Of a stretch of 64,000 nt of DNA, positions 18,807 to 28,244 are shown piece by piece. The stretch comes from Candidatus Cloacimonadota bacterium (GTDB taxonomy: Bacteria; Cloacimonadota; Cloacimonadia; G963667145). The stretch is from positions 544,001 to 608,000 of the forward strand of contig OY781092.1 of NCBI GenBank assembly GCA_963676615.1, in the 5' to 3' direction. The first letter of the stretch is position 1; each line of letters begins with the position of its first letter. Below the pieces are notes generated by a model. That model saw nothing but the letters and a program-made list of their open reading frames with translations. It had not been told where the DNA came from and did no database searches. The translations under genes and the position numbers were made by a program.

Positions 18807-19829
18807 ATGAGTAAAAAAGATAAATATAATGTAACGGTGGTTGGAGCTTTGGGGATTGTGGGCACCGAGATGATCAAGACTTTGGAACGCAGAAATTTTC
18901 CTGTGGCGTCTTTTGTGCCAATGGATGTAAAAGCAAAAGAAGGGGAGAAGGTAAAGTTTAACGGCAAAGATTACGCTTGCGTGGAGGCAAACAAGAAAAA
19001 TTTTCAAGGCTTGGACATAGCTATTTTTTCTGCTGGAGGTGAAGCTAGTAGAGTTTTGGCTCCCATCGCAGCCAAAGAGGGAGTAGTAGTCGTGGATAAT
19101 AGTGCTCAGTGGAGAATGGATCCCGATTGCCCTTTGGTGGTGCCAGAGGTAAATCCTTACGATCTTGATTGGCACAAAAATATCATTGCAAATCCTAACT
19201 GCTCCACAATTCAGTTGATGGTGGTTCTCAAACCGTTGCACGATTACGCCAAGATTAAGAGGGTTGTGGTTTCCACCTATCAATCTGTTTCTGGCTCGGG
19301 AATTAAAGCTTTCAAAGGGTTGGAGCAAGAAAGTAGAGAGTATTTACAAAACAAAAAAATTGTCAAGCCGCTGGCTTATTCTAAACAAATTGCTTTTAAT
19401 TGCCTTGCTCACATCGATGTTTTTCAGGAGGGCGGCTACACCAAAGAAGAGTGGAAGATGGTCAACGAGACGAAAAAGATTTTGAACAAAGACATCAAAA
19501 CTTCTGCCACATGCGTGAGAGTGCCTGTTTGGTATGGACACAGCGAGTCTGTTAATATAGAGACAGAAAAAGAGATTTCGGTTCTCAAAGCAAGGGAGAT
19601 TTTGGCTGCCACAGAAAGTGTGCAGGTTATGGACGATCCTGATCGAGAGATTTACCCTACACCTTTGATGACTATCGACGAGGATGATACTTTTGTGGGC
19701 AGGATTCGCAAAGACCCAAGCATAGAAAAAGGACTCAATTTGTGGGTGGTTTCCAATAATATTCGCAAAGGAGCTGCCTTGAACTCTGTGCAAATAGCCG
19801 AAACTTTATTAAAAAGGAATTTAATCTGA
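18807..19829 (+). CDS. asd: Aspartate-semialdehyde dehydrogenase
   Basis: VVGALGIVG, VDNSAQWRM, IANPNCST, TYQSVSG, CVRVPVWYGH, NIRKGAALN. Confidence 0.95.
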   Translation: MSKKDKYNVTVVGALGIVGTEMIKTLERRNFPVASFVPMDVKAKEGEKVKFNGKDYACVEANKKNFQGLDIAIFSAGGEASRVLAPIAAKEGVVVVDNSAQWRMDPDCPLVVPEVNPYDLDWHKNIIANPNCSTIQLMVVLKPLHDYAKIKRVVVSTYQSVSGSGIKAFKGLEQESREYLQNKKIVKPLAYSKQIAFNCLAHIDVFQEGGYTKEEWKMVNETKKILNKDIKTSATCVRVPVWYGHSESVNIETEKEISVLKAREILAATESVQVMDDPDREIYPTPLMTIDEDDTFVGRIRKDPSIEKGLNLWVVSNNIRKGAALNSVQIAETLLKRNLI

Positions 19830-19830
19830 A

Positions 19831-21015
19831 ATGGACGAGATCGACAAACAAATAGCTTTGCTAGAGCAAGAGTTAATCGCGTTGCGGCGTGATTTTCACA
19901 AACATCCAGAGCTTGGATTTCAGGAGTTTGAAACGGCGGGAAAAATAGAAAACTATTTGCAGGAAATTGGTTTGCAGACACAAAGAGTAGCTTCCACAGG
20001 TGTGGTCGCTACTCTTTTTGGTGATAATGCAGGAAAAACTATCGGTTTGCGGGCGGATATGGACGCTTTGCCCATCGACGAAGAAACAAATTTTGAGTAT
20101 AGTTCGGTAAATCAAGGTGTAATGCACGCTTGTGGGCACGACGCTCATATGGCGATGCTTTTGGTAGCGGCAAAAATTTTGGCAAAGAGCAAAAGCGAGC
20201 TAGGTGGCAAAGTTAAGTTTATTTTTCAGCCCAACGAGGAGACGGCTGGTGCTCAAAAGATGATTGATGCAGGAGTTTTGCAGAATCCTCAAGTTGACGC
20301 TTGTGCTGCTGTGCATATTTGGTCGCTCTTGCCCAGCGGTGTAGTGGGTGTGAAATCTGGCGCCGTTATGTCTAATATGGATGTTTTTAAAATCAAGATA
20401 ATTGGCAAAGATGGACACACAGGCGCTCCAGAGCACGCAATCGACCCCATTATCGCCGCAGCGGATGTTATTTTGACTACGCAGTCGATTCAGACCAGAG
20501 TTTTGGGGGCGCTCAAACCAACGGTTATTATGTTTACTCAAGTCAAAGGTGGCTCGCTAAAAAACAATGTGATTCCCGAAAACGCTTATTTAGAGGGCAC
20601 TATCCGTTATTTGTTTCAACCAAAAGAGAACAAAAGTGACGACCCAGCAGAGCTTTTCCGTAAAAAAGTGCAGCAGATTTGCCAAACGCATCGATGTAAG
20701 GTGCAGATAGATATCGAAAGGGAAAACGAAGTGGTAGTAAACGACGGGGCTATGGTTGACTTGTCTCGGCAAGTTTTAGGAAAAATTGTCGGTAAAGAAA
20801 ATTTGGAGGATTACTCCTCAATGGCTAGCGAAGATTTTTCAGCTTTTGCCGATAATGTCCCTTCTGTTTTTGTCCATTTGGGTTGTAAAAACGAAAAAAA
20901 AGGTGCAAAGTTTGCGCATCATAATTCAAAATTTAATGTTGATGAGGAGGTAATGAAAAACGGAGTGAAATATTTTGTGGAGATGGCAAAGGAGTTTTTG
21001 AAAAACGAAAAATGA
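19831..21015 (+). CDS. M20 (aminoacylase-like) amidohydrolase; candidate N-acetyl-DABA deacetylase
   Basis: HPELGFQE, RADMDALP, MHACGHDAH, FQPNEE, SEDF, HH..KF. Confidence 0.85.
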   Translation: MDEIDKQIALLEQELIALRRDFHKHPELGFQEFETAGKIENYLQEIGLQTQRVASTGVVATLFGDNAGKTIGLRADMDALPIDEETNFEYSSVNQGVMHACGHDAHMAMLLVAAKILAKSKSELGGKVKFIFQPNEETAGAQKMIDAGVLQNPQVDACAAVHIWSLLPSGVVGVKSGAVMSNMDVFKIKIIGKDGHTGAPEHAIDPIIAAADVILTTQSIQTRVLGALKPTVIMFTQVKGGSLKNNVIPENAYLEGTIRYLFQPKENKSDDPAELFRKKVQQICQTHRCKVQIDIERENEVVVNDGAMVDLSRQVLGKIVGKENLEDYSSMASEDFSAFADNVPSVFVHLGCKNEKKGAKFAHHNSKFNVDEEVMKNGVKYFVEMAKEFLKNEK

Positions 21016-21032
21016 AAAAAAAGGAGAGAAAA

Positions 21033-22076
21033 ATGAGCAAGAAATTTTTAGTATTAGCAGTTATTTTCGGACTTTCTATGACAGGATTGTATGGTTTTTG
21101 GGGAAGTTCAAAAATAGAGGCAAAGTTTGCTTCAGAAGAGATCGAAGGCGATTTTATGACAGTGTGGGCGAAAAATTTTGCCAAAAGTATGAAAAAGCAA
21201 ACTGACGGAGATATCGAAATCGTTGTTTATCCATACGGAACTATCGGGGACAATAGGGACATAAACGAGCTTTGTCAAATGGGCGTGGCTAAGTTTGTTT
21301 TCTCCGATTATGCTTGGATCAGCGCTTTTGTTCCGCAGGCTCAGGTGCTTTGCCTGAACTACATTTGGCCAAAAGAGAAAACTGTGGAAGTTATCGATTG
21401 GGTAACTCGCAATGGCAAATTTTTCCCGATGTTGGAAGAGAAATTTAAGGAGAAAGGATTGTTTCCGTTTGCTTTGATGTTTGAAGGTTGGCAATGGGTG
21501 ACATCCAAAAAGCCTGCCAATACAGTTAGCAAAATTCAAGGAATGAAAACTCGGGTTATGGGATCCAAACTTTTGGTGGAAAATTTGCTTGCTTATGGAA
21601 TGACCTCCACGCCGATGCCTTATGGCGAGATTTATAGTGGTTTGCAAACAGGGCTTTTGGACGCCCAGATTAATCCGATGTTCGCCGATTATAGTATGAA
21701 ATTTTACGAAGTCACTGACTATTTTACCCAATTTTGGGCTGAAGTGTTTGTGAGTATTCCCACAGTCAATTTAGATTTTTATAACTCTTTGAGCGACGAG
21801 CAGCAAAAAATGATGAAAGATTTTTGGGTTGATGCGATCATTCCTGCGGGAAAATGGATAACCAAAAGAAACGCCGACGATAAAGCTAAAATTGCCAAAG
21901 AACGACCAAAAATCAAGTTTTATGAGTATAATAATAAGCAAATCAAAAAGATGAAAAGTAAAGCTAGAAATGTTTTCAAAGAGTTTGGAAAAGTTGGTGG
22001 AAAAGATGCAGATATTATGCTAAAAGCGCTGTTGAAAGATATTGAAGATGCAAAAAAAGCTTTGGGCGTAAAATAA
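21033..22076 (+). CDS. TRAP substrate-binding protein, TeaA/UehA-like (ectoine)
   Basis: Signal peptide; EEIEGD N-terminal motif, KTRVM, TPMPYGEIYSGLQTG, INPMF resemble TeaA as I recall it. Confidence 0.8.
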   Translation: MSKKFLVLAVIFGLSMTGLYGFWGSSKIEAKFASEEIEGDFMTVWAKNFAKSMKKQTDGDIEIVVYPYGTIGDNRDINELCQMGVAKFVFSDYAWISAFVPQAQVLCLNYIWPKEKTVEVIDWVTRNGKFFPMLEEKFKEKGLFPFALMFEGWQWVTSKKPANTVSKIQGMKTRVMGSKLLVENLLAYGMTSTPMPYGEIYSGLQTGLLDAQINPMFADYSMKFYEVTDYFTQFWAEVFVSIPTVNLDFYNSLSDEQQKMMKDFWVDAIIPAGKWITKRNADDKAKIAKERPKIKFYEYNNKQIKKMKSKARNVFKEFGKVGGKDADIMLKALLKDIEDAKKALGVK

Positions 22077-22092
22077 AAAGGTAGTGAGTTTA

Positions 22093-22126
22093 TACGCAGC
22101 CTTCTTCTGAAAAAGTGGGCTGTGTA
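22093..22126 (+). other. Intercistronic stem-loop after the binding-protein gene
   Basis: TACGCAGCCT...GGGCTGTGTA inverted repeat between dctP and dctQ. Confidence 0.5.
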
Positions 22127-22155
22127 GCTCCTGCCAGCAAGTTAGGGGGGTTATT

Positions 22156-22692
22156 ATGGAGAAACAAGGCATGTTTGTTAGATGCTTGAATATGTTTGAG
22201 ACCGTCAGCATCGTTACTTGTGTCTTCGCACTTTTTATTATGCTCATTGTAAATGTGATCGCGCGAACTTTTTTCACCAGCCTTTATTTCGCTGAGGAAG
22301 TAAGTGAATTTTTGACTATCTTCATAACTTTTGTGGGGGTTAGCTACGCCGCGCGAAAAGGGCGACACATTAGGATGGGGGCGATCATCGATACGGTTCC
22401 CAAAAAAGTGGAAAAGATTTTTGTTTACTTTATTTGCGTTGTCAGCGCTGCCACAATGTTTGCCATGGCGTATTACTCTTTTGATTATGCGTTCAAAGTT
22501 TTTACCAGAGCCCAGTCCAGTTCAGCTCTGAGGCTACCTTTTTGGATTTTTGTAGCGATTATTCCGTTGGGTTTTTTTTCGGCAGGAATACAGTATACCC
22601 TGACATTTTTCAAAAATATTCGTGAAAAGGGAGACGATGTTTGGATCTCACCAGAGGTTACATCGGAGTATTCGGACGAAGTGGAGTATTAA
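22156..22692 (+). CDS. TRAP small permease (DctQ/TeaB-like)
   Basis: Four TM helices; NVIAR, AEEVS, GRHIRM. Confidence 0.88.
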   Translation: MEKQGMFVRCLNMFETVSIVTCVFALFIMLIVNVIARTFFTSLYFAEEVSEFLTIFITFVGVSYAARKGRHIRMGAIIDTVPKKVEKIFVYFICVVSAATMFAMAYYSFDYAFKVFTRAQSSSALRLPFWIFVAIIPLGFFSAGIQYTLTFFKNIREKGDDVWISPEVTSEYSDEVEY

Positions 22693-22703
22693 AAGGGGGT
22701 TTT

Positions 22704-23984
22704 ATGAGTTTATTATGGATAAGTATGATTGTGATGCTGTTTATGGCGGTTCCTTTTATGGTGGTGATTTTGGGCTCGATTTTGGGATTTGTAGGAATAA
22801 ATATGCCTGGACTTTCACCTACGATCTTTGTCCAGCAGGTGATAACTGGCTTGACACCGCAAGCGTTGGTGTGCGTGCCTATGTTTATTTTAGGAGCGAA
22901 TATAATTACTTCTGGGCAAGCCTCAAAACGGCTGATTAATATGATTAAAGCTCTTGTAGGTCATCTGCCGGGAGGACTTGCCATAACAACAAACGCCAGC
23001 TGCACAATGTTTGGAGCGGTTTCTGGCTCTACACAAGCTACAGTGGCAGCAATCGGCGGCACTATGCGCCCGATGCTTCTCAAAGCTGGCTATTCCAGCC
23101 CTTTTACTTTGGGGCTTATCATCAACTCCAGCGATATAGCTTTTTTGATACCGCCAAGCATCGGTTTCATCGTTTACGGAGTCGTGACAAGCACTTCGGT
23201 GGGCAAGCTTTTTTTAGCAGGGATAATTCCTGGAATTTTGATTTTTCTTTTGTTTTCAGTCTACTGCTTTTTTTATTCCAAAAAAAAACAGGTGGGAATG
23301 TTGCCCAAAGCCACTTGGCAAGAAAAAAAACAAGCTTTTAGGGATGGCTACCCAGTTTTGGGGTTTCCGTTAATAATTGTTGGCGGAATTTACGCAGGGC
23401 TATTTAGCCCAACCGAAGCTGCTGCAGTGGCAGTGCTTTACGCTATTTTTTTGGAAGGCTTGCTGTTTAAAACCTTGACTTTTAGAAAGTTGATAAGTAT
23501 CGCTATGGACACTGGGGTGATAACAGCGGTTGTGTTTATTTTGGTTGGCGCTGGACAAGCTTTTTCGTGGTTGGTTAGTTTTTTGCGCTTGCCGCAAGAG
23601 TTTATGCCGCTGATAATGGGGCAAGACGCCTCTCAGCTCAAAGTGATTTTGGTGGTGGTTGTTTCGTATTTCATAGCGTGTATGTTTGTGGATCCTATCG
23701 TGGCGATATATGTGCTGTCTCCAATATTTTCTCCTTATGTCGCTTCCACGGGGATTGATCCAATTTTTTTGGGAACTCTAATCACTTTGCAAGCAGCCAT
23801 TGGCTCTGCCACTCCGCCTTTTGGATGCGATATTTTTACCGCACAGTTAATATTTAAACGACCGTATTTGGAGGTGATAAAGGAGACGCCGCCTTTTATT
23901 TTGATTTTACTTTTTATCACGATTTTGATTATTGTTTTTCCCGAAATTGCCACTTTTTTGCCAAATATGTCGTTAGCAGGCTAG
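22704..23984 (+). CDS. TRAP large permease (DctM/TeaC-like)
   Basis: FGAVSGS, LIPPSIGFIVYG, FSPTEAA, TPPFG. Confidence 0.92.
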   Translation: MSLLWISMIVMLFMAVPFMVVILGSILGFVGINMPGLSPTIFVQQVITGLTPQALVCVPMFILGANIITSGQASKRLINMIKALVGHLPGGLAITTNASCTMFGAVSGSTQATVAAIGGTMRPMLLKAGYSSPFTLGLIINSSDIAFLIPPSIGFIVYGVVTSTSVGKLFLAGIIPGILIFLLFSVYCFFYSKKKQVGMLPKATWQEKKQAFRDGYPVLGFPLIIVGGIYAGLFSPTEAAAVAVLYAIFLEGLLFKTLTFRKLISIAMDTGVITAVVFILVGAGQAFSWLVSFLRLPQEFMPLIMGQDASQLKVILVVVVSYFIACMFVDPIVAIYVLSPIFSPYVASTGIDPIFLGTLITLQAAIGSATPPFGCDIFTAQLIFKRPYLEVIKETPPFILILLFITILIIVFPEIATFLPNMSLAG

Positions 23985-24022
23985 GCTGGCCAAGAGGTTA
24001 TTAAAATTACGAAGGAGGAGAT

Positions 24023-25192
24023 GTGCTACTTTTTGATAGGAGTGAGTTTGATGTTAGGGTAAAAAAAACCAAAGAGAGTATGATTGAAAAAGGGATAGAT
24101 CTTTTGATAGTTTCTCATCCAGCCAATATGAACTATCTAACTGGCTACGACGGATGGAGTTTTTATGTCCATCAGTGCGTTTTTGTGAGCTTAGACTCAA
24201 AAGAGCCGCTCTGGATAGGTCGAGGAATGGACGCCAACGGAGCAAAGATGACCACCTATCTTCAAGAAGAAAATATTTTTCAATATGCGGACGAGTATGT
24301 CCACTCTTTGAGTTGCCACCCGCTAGATTTTGTCGCCGATATTATCAAATCAAAAGGTTGGCAAAAAAAGCGGATTGGTGTAGAATCTGATCAATTTTTT
24401 TTCACTTATAAATCTTTTCAAGTGTTGCAAAAAAACTTGCCAGAAGCCGTTTTTGTGGACGCCAACATTTTGGTGAACTGGGTTAGAGTCATAAAATCGG
24501 AAGCGGAAATCAAGTTTATGAAGATAGCAGGGAAAATCGCTGAGAAAGTGATGAACACCGCTGTGAAAAACATAAAAGTTGGTGCTCGAGAGTGTGATGT
24601 GGCAGCCAAAATTGTAGAAGCGCAGTATGAAGGTGTGGGAGAGTTTGCTGGAGATTATCCTGCGATCGTTCCGCTGATGATGAGTGGAGAGGCTATTAAA
24701 ACGCCGCATCTAACTTGGACAGAAGCAAAATATCAGCCCAACCAGCCGGTGCTTTTGGAGCTTTGCGGCGTCTACAGGCACTACCATTGTCCGATAGCCA
24801 GAACGATATTTCTTGGACAAAAGATGCCGCCAAAAATGGAAAAAACTTCGCAAGTAGTAAAAGATGGTTTGCAAATCACTTTGAACAGTATCAAGCCAGG
24901 AATGAGCGTTGAGTCGATTGAAAAGATTTGGCGAGATTACATCGCGCGTCACGGAGTTGAAAAAAAAGCAAGATTGGGCTACTCCATTGGTGTTAATTAT
25001 CCGCCAGATTGGGGCGAGCAAACTATCAGCGTTCGCGAAGGTGAAAAAACCCTAGTGCAACAAAATATGACTTTGCATTTAATCCCAGGTATTTGGCAAA
25101 AGGATGTGGGGTATGAGCTGGACGCCAGCATTCGAGTAACCGAAGACGGCATCGAACATCTTTTCAACTATCCGTTCGATACAGGCAAATAA
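24023..25192 (+). CDS. doeA: Ectoine hydrolase (DoeA/EutD, M24 fold)
   Basis: Signature LTGYDGWSFYVHQCV, GRGMDANGA, VNWVRVIKS, HLTW, RLGYSIG, YPPDWGE. Confidence 0.9.
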   Translation: MLLFDRSEFDVRVKKTKESMIEKGIDLLIVSHPANMNYLTGYDGWSFYVHQCVFVSLDSKEPLWIGRGMDANGAKMTTYLQEENIFQYADEYVHSLSCHPLDFVADIIKSKGWQKKRIGVESDQFFFTYKSFQVLQKNLPEAVFVDANILVNWVRVIKSEAEIKFMKIAGKIAEKVMNTAVKNIKVGARECDVAAKIVEAQYEGVGEFAGDYPAIVPLMMSGEAIKTPHLTWTEAKYQPNQPVLLELCGVYRHYHCPIARTIFLGQKMPPKMEKTSQVVKDGLQITLNSIKPGMSVESIEKIWRDYIARHGVEKKARLGYSIGVNYPPDWGEQTISVREGEKTLVQQNMTLHLIPGIWQKDVGYELDASIRVTEDGIEHLFNYPFDTGK

Positions 25193-25225
25193 GGAAATTC
25201 TGCTTTATAATAGCAGGGGGACGAT

Positions 25226-25954
25226 TTGATTTATCTAGCCAAAAAAGGACAAACCAGTTATGGGGAAGATATCGGGATTCTTCTTTTGGACACTTTTTGC
25301 CCGTTTATTCCTGGAGATGTGGGCAACGCCAGCAGCTATGATTATCCTGTTCGCTTCAAAAAAGTTGCTGGTCTGAGTGTTGAAAAAATATTGAGCTTGG
25401 ACAAAAGTTATTTGCCTGCTGTGATCAATTCTGCCAAAGAGCTTGAGCAGGAGGGGGTTCAGGCGATTACTAGTGATTGTGGATTTATGGCTATTTTCCA
25501 AAACGAGCTCAAAAAACATTTGCGCGTACCTGTGTTCCTTTCTAGCTTGCTTCAGATTCCTATGATCACCTCGTTGATTAAAAGTGACGCTAAGTTGGGG
25601 ATTATCACAGCAGATTCGCAAGCTCTGATAGACCAAGTGTTTGCAAAAATTGGGCTAAAAAAAGCAGACAATTTGATTATCCGAGGGCTAGAAAACTCTT
25701 CTGCTTTTGTTCGAACTGTTATGCAAGAGTCTGGATTTTTAGACGAAGTGGCTATCAAAAAAGAGGTGGTGCAAGTGGCAAAAAGACTTCAGACTGACGA
25801 ACGAAAATTGGGGGCGATCCTATTGGAATGCAGTATGTTGCCTCCTTATGGTTTGGCTGTGCAGCAGGAAACGAATCTGCCTGTTTTCGATTTTCTTACT
25901 ATGGTAAATTATGTTCACTCCAGTTTGAGTAAGAAAAATTTTGGGGAGCAATAG
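25226..25954 (+). CDS. Aspartate/glutamate racemase-superfamily protein
   Basis: GILLLD..PGDVGNA, TSDCGF, VPVFLSSL, LECSML (two Cys motifs); TTG start after GGGGG. Confidence 0.75.
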   Translation: MIYLAKKGQTSYGEDIGILLLDTFCPFIPGDVGNASSYDYPVRFKKVAGLSVEKILSLDKSYLPAVINSAKELEQEGVQAITSDCGFMAIFQNELKKHLRVPVFLSSLLQIPMITSLIKSDAKLGIITADSQALIDQVFAKIGLKKADNLIIRGLENSSAFVRTVMQESGFLDEVAIKKEVVQVAKRLQTDERKLGAILLECSMLPPYGLAVQQETNLPVFDFLTMVNYVHSSLSKKNFGEQ

Positions 25955-26064
25955 AAACGATTTTTTTTGCTAAAAGCGGCAAATTTTGTAGTTAATATTT
26001 GTTGACAAAATTTTGCGATTTTACGGATTACTCAAAGCTAAATTTAGTTAAGAAAGGTAAGATT

Positions 26065-26823
26065 ATGGCTAAATATAATGTGTCTTCCTCTGTGGGAAAG
26101 GCTTTTCGCCTTTTGGAGTGTATAGTTGTGAATCAGCCGATCACGGCACCAGAGATTTCTAGAAAGCTCGGATTTAACAAAACGAACACTTACAGATTGC
26201 TAACTGCTTTGTGTGATATAGGTTACATTTATAAAAAGGAAAAAGGTTACAATATAACTTTCAAACTTTTGTCGCTGGGCAATATCGCTCCAGCAACCAA
26301 AACTATCAAGAGTGTGGCAAAGCCCGAGATGGAAAAACTTATGAACATTGTTCATGAAAATACTTATCTGACAGCGCTGATGGACGATAAAATTTTCGTC
26401 ATCAATAGTTTCAAGTTTCCTGAACACCATTTGATGCTTAATCCAGAGAAAACGACCGTTTTTCCTATTTACTCTTGTTCTTCAGGAAAGATGTTTTTGG
26501 CTCATATGCCGCCAAAAATGCGAAAAGAACTGCTTGACAAAATTGAGTTTGTTCAGTTGACAAAAACTACTTTGACCGATATTGAGGCTTTAGATAAGGA
26601 GTTGGAAAAGTGTAAAAAGCAAGGCTATGCGGTTGAAAATAGAGAGTTTGCTGATGAGCTAATTTCCATCTGTGCGCCAATTTTTGGTTTGGACGACGAG
26701 GTTTTGGCTTGTTTGTCAATATCAGGACCAAGCATTCGCATAACTCCAGACAAGATAGACGAGTATATTCCAAAAGTGGTGGAAGCTGCCCAGAAGGTAA
26801 CCAAGCAGCTTCGAAAACATTAA
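26065..26823 (+). CDS. IclR family transcriptional regulator
   Basis: SSVGKAFRLLE HTH, KTNTYRLL, SSGKMFLA, GYAVE, ICAPIF, SISGP. Confidence 0.92.
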   Translation: MAKYNVSSSVGKAFRLLECIVVNQPITAPEISRKLGFNKTNTYRLLTALCDIGYIYKKEKGYNITFKLLSLGNIAPATKTIKSVAKPEMEKLMNIVHENTYLTALMDDKIFVINSFKFPEHHLMLNPEKTTVFPIYSCSSGKMFLAHMPPKMRKELLDKIEFVQLTKTTLTDIEALDKELEKCKKQGYAVENREFADELISICAPIFGLDDEVLACLSISGPSIRITPDKIDEYIPKVVEAAQKVTKQLRKH

Positions 26824-26847
26824 AGTAAAGAGGAAAAGGAAGAAAAA

Positions 26848-28104
26848 ATGGTAGTTTGTAAATTTGGCGGAACATCTTTGGCGGACGCCTCGAAAATAAA
26901 AGATGTGGCGAAGATTGTTAAAAATATTTCGGGAACTCAGATGGTGGTCGTTTCGGCTCCTGGGAAAAGGTTTGACGACGATATAAAAGTGACAGATTTA
27001 CTTTACGATTTGGCTGCTAATTCTGCAAACAAATCCCAATTTGAGCAAATATTTTTTCAGATAAAGAGCAGGTTTGAGCAAATGATAGCTGATTTGAGTG
27101 TAGAAGGAAAAGCGGTGTTAGAAGCGCTGAATTCTATTGCTCAAGAGATTTTGCAAGGCGTGAGTCAAGATTTTATCGCGTCTCGTGGCGAGTATCTCAA
27201 CGCTCTGCTCATCAGCGAATATTTGGATTTTCGGTTTGTGGACGCTACGGAATTTGTGCGGTTGACCGACGATGGAGGCATCGACCCTGTGACCTATGAG
27301 CTGGGGAAAAAAGTTTTGGATGTTAGCAAGCCGACGGTCGTTCCTGGCTTTTATGGATTGGACAAAAATAGCAACATCAAAACATTTTCGCGCGGCGGCT
27401 CGGACATCTCGGGCGCGATTTTGGCAGTGTGCGCCAAAGCCGATGTTTATCAAAACTGGACAGATGTGTCGGGCGTGATGAGCGCCGATCCTCGCATCGT
27501 CAAATCTCCGACTTTTGTTCCCGAGATAACCTACGCCGAGTTGCGCCAGATGGCGTGTTTTGGGACGAATGTTTTTCACAGCGAAGCTATCGCTCCTGTG
27601 GCAAAAGCGGGCATTTCCATTCAAGTGAAAAACACTCTGCAGCCAAACGATGCTGGCACGACGATTTCGTGCAAAAGAGATGTGGAAAAGATGCCGATTG
27701 CCGCTGTTTCGGGGCTGAAAGGACTTCGCAAAGTGCGGATAAATCAAGAGAATATGAACCAGCAAAAGTTGGCAAAATTTATCTCGGAGCTCAGCGATTT
27801 GGGCTTTAAGTCTATTTTCAGTCGATTTGCAGCCGATTTTGCCTATATTTACGGCAAAATTGAGATAGATAAATTGCCCGTTGGAATTGCGCCAAACACC
27901 GTTTTGTCCGAGAAAAAATACAGCGTTATTGGTTTGGTCGGTCAGGGGTTAAATTGGGAAAAAACTCTTAAATTTGTGCAAGATTTAGACCATTTGCCGA
28001 TAGTAGATTTTAGCTATGAGCAGGCTTCGACCACGGCAATTTTTGTGGTGGAAGACAGCAATTTTGAAAATATTTTGCAAGTTTTGTCCGATAAAATTAT
28101 TTGA
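26848..28104 (+). CDS. Aspartate kinase (YclM/clostridial-type catalytic domain, divergent ACT region)
   Basis: KFGGTS, VVSAPGKR, SRGEY, TFSRGGSD, WTDVSG..ADPRIV, KNT. Confidence 0.9.
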   Translation: MVVCKFGGTSLADASKIKDVAKIVKNISGTQMVVVSAPGKRFDDDIKVTDLLYDLAANSANKSQFEQIFFQIKSRFEQMIADLSVEGKAVLEALNSIAQEILQGVSQDFIASRGEYLNALLISEYLDFRFVDATEFVRLTDDGGIDPVTYELGKKVLDVSKPTVVPGFYGLDKNSNIKTFSRGGSDISGAILAVCAKADVYQNWTDVSGVMSADPRIVKSPTFVPEITYAELRQMACFGTNVFHSEAIAPVAKAGISIQVKNTLQPNDAGTTISCKRDVEKMPIAAVSGLKGLRKVRINQENMNQQKLAKFISELSDLGFKSIFSRFAADFAYIYGKIEIDKLPVGIAPNTVLSEKKYSVIGLVGQGLNWEKTLKFVQDLDHLPIVDFSYEQASTTAIFVVEDSNFENILQVLSDKII

Positions 28105-28244
28105 CAGAAAAAAAATCTAAAAGTTCAAAAAGTGTTGAAAAATAAAAAGTTCCAAAAAGAAATTGACATCAACATAACAATTTAGCTTTATGGTCTAAAT
28201 AGTGGGTTTATTAAGAGGTTGAGGCAACCTAAGGAGACCGAAAG

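Noticed and set aside
17412..28104. Ectoine biosynthesis cluster (ask-asd-ectB)
   Set aside because: No EctA acetyltransferase or EctC synthase; an importer and DoeA hydrolase point to uptake and degradation
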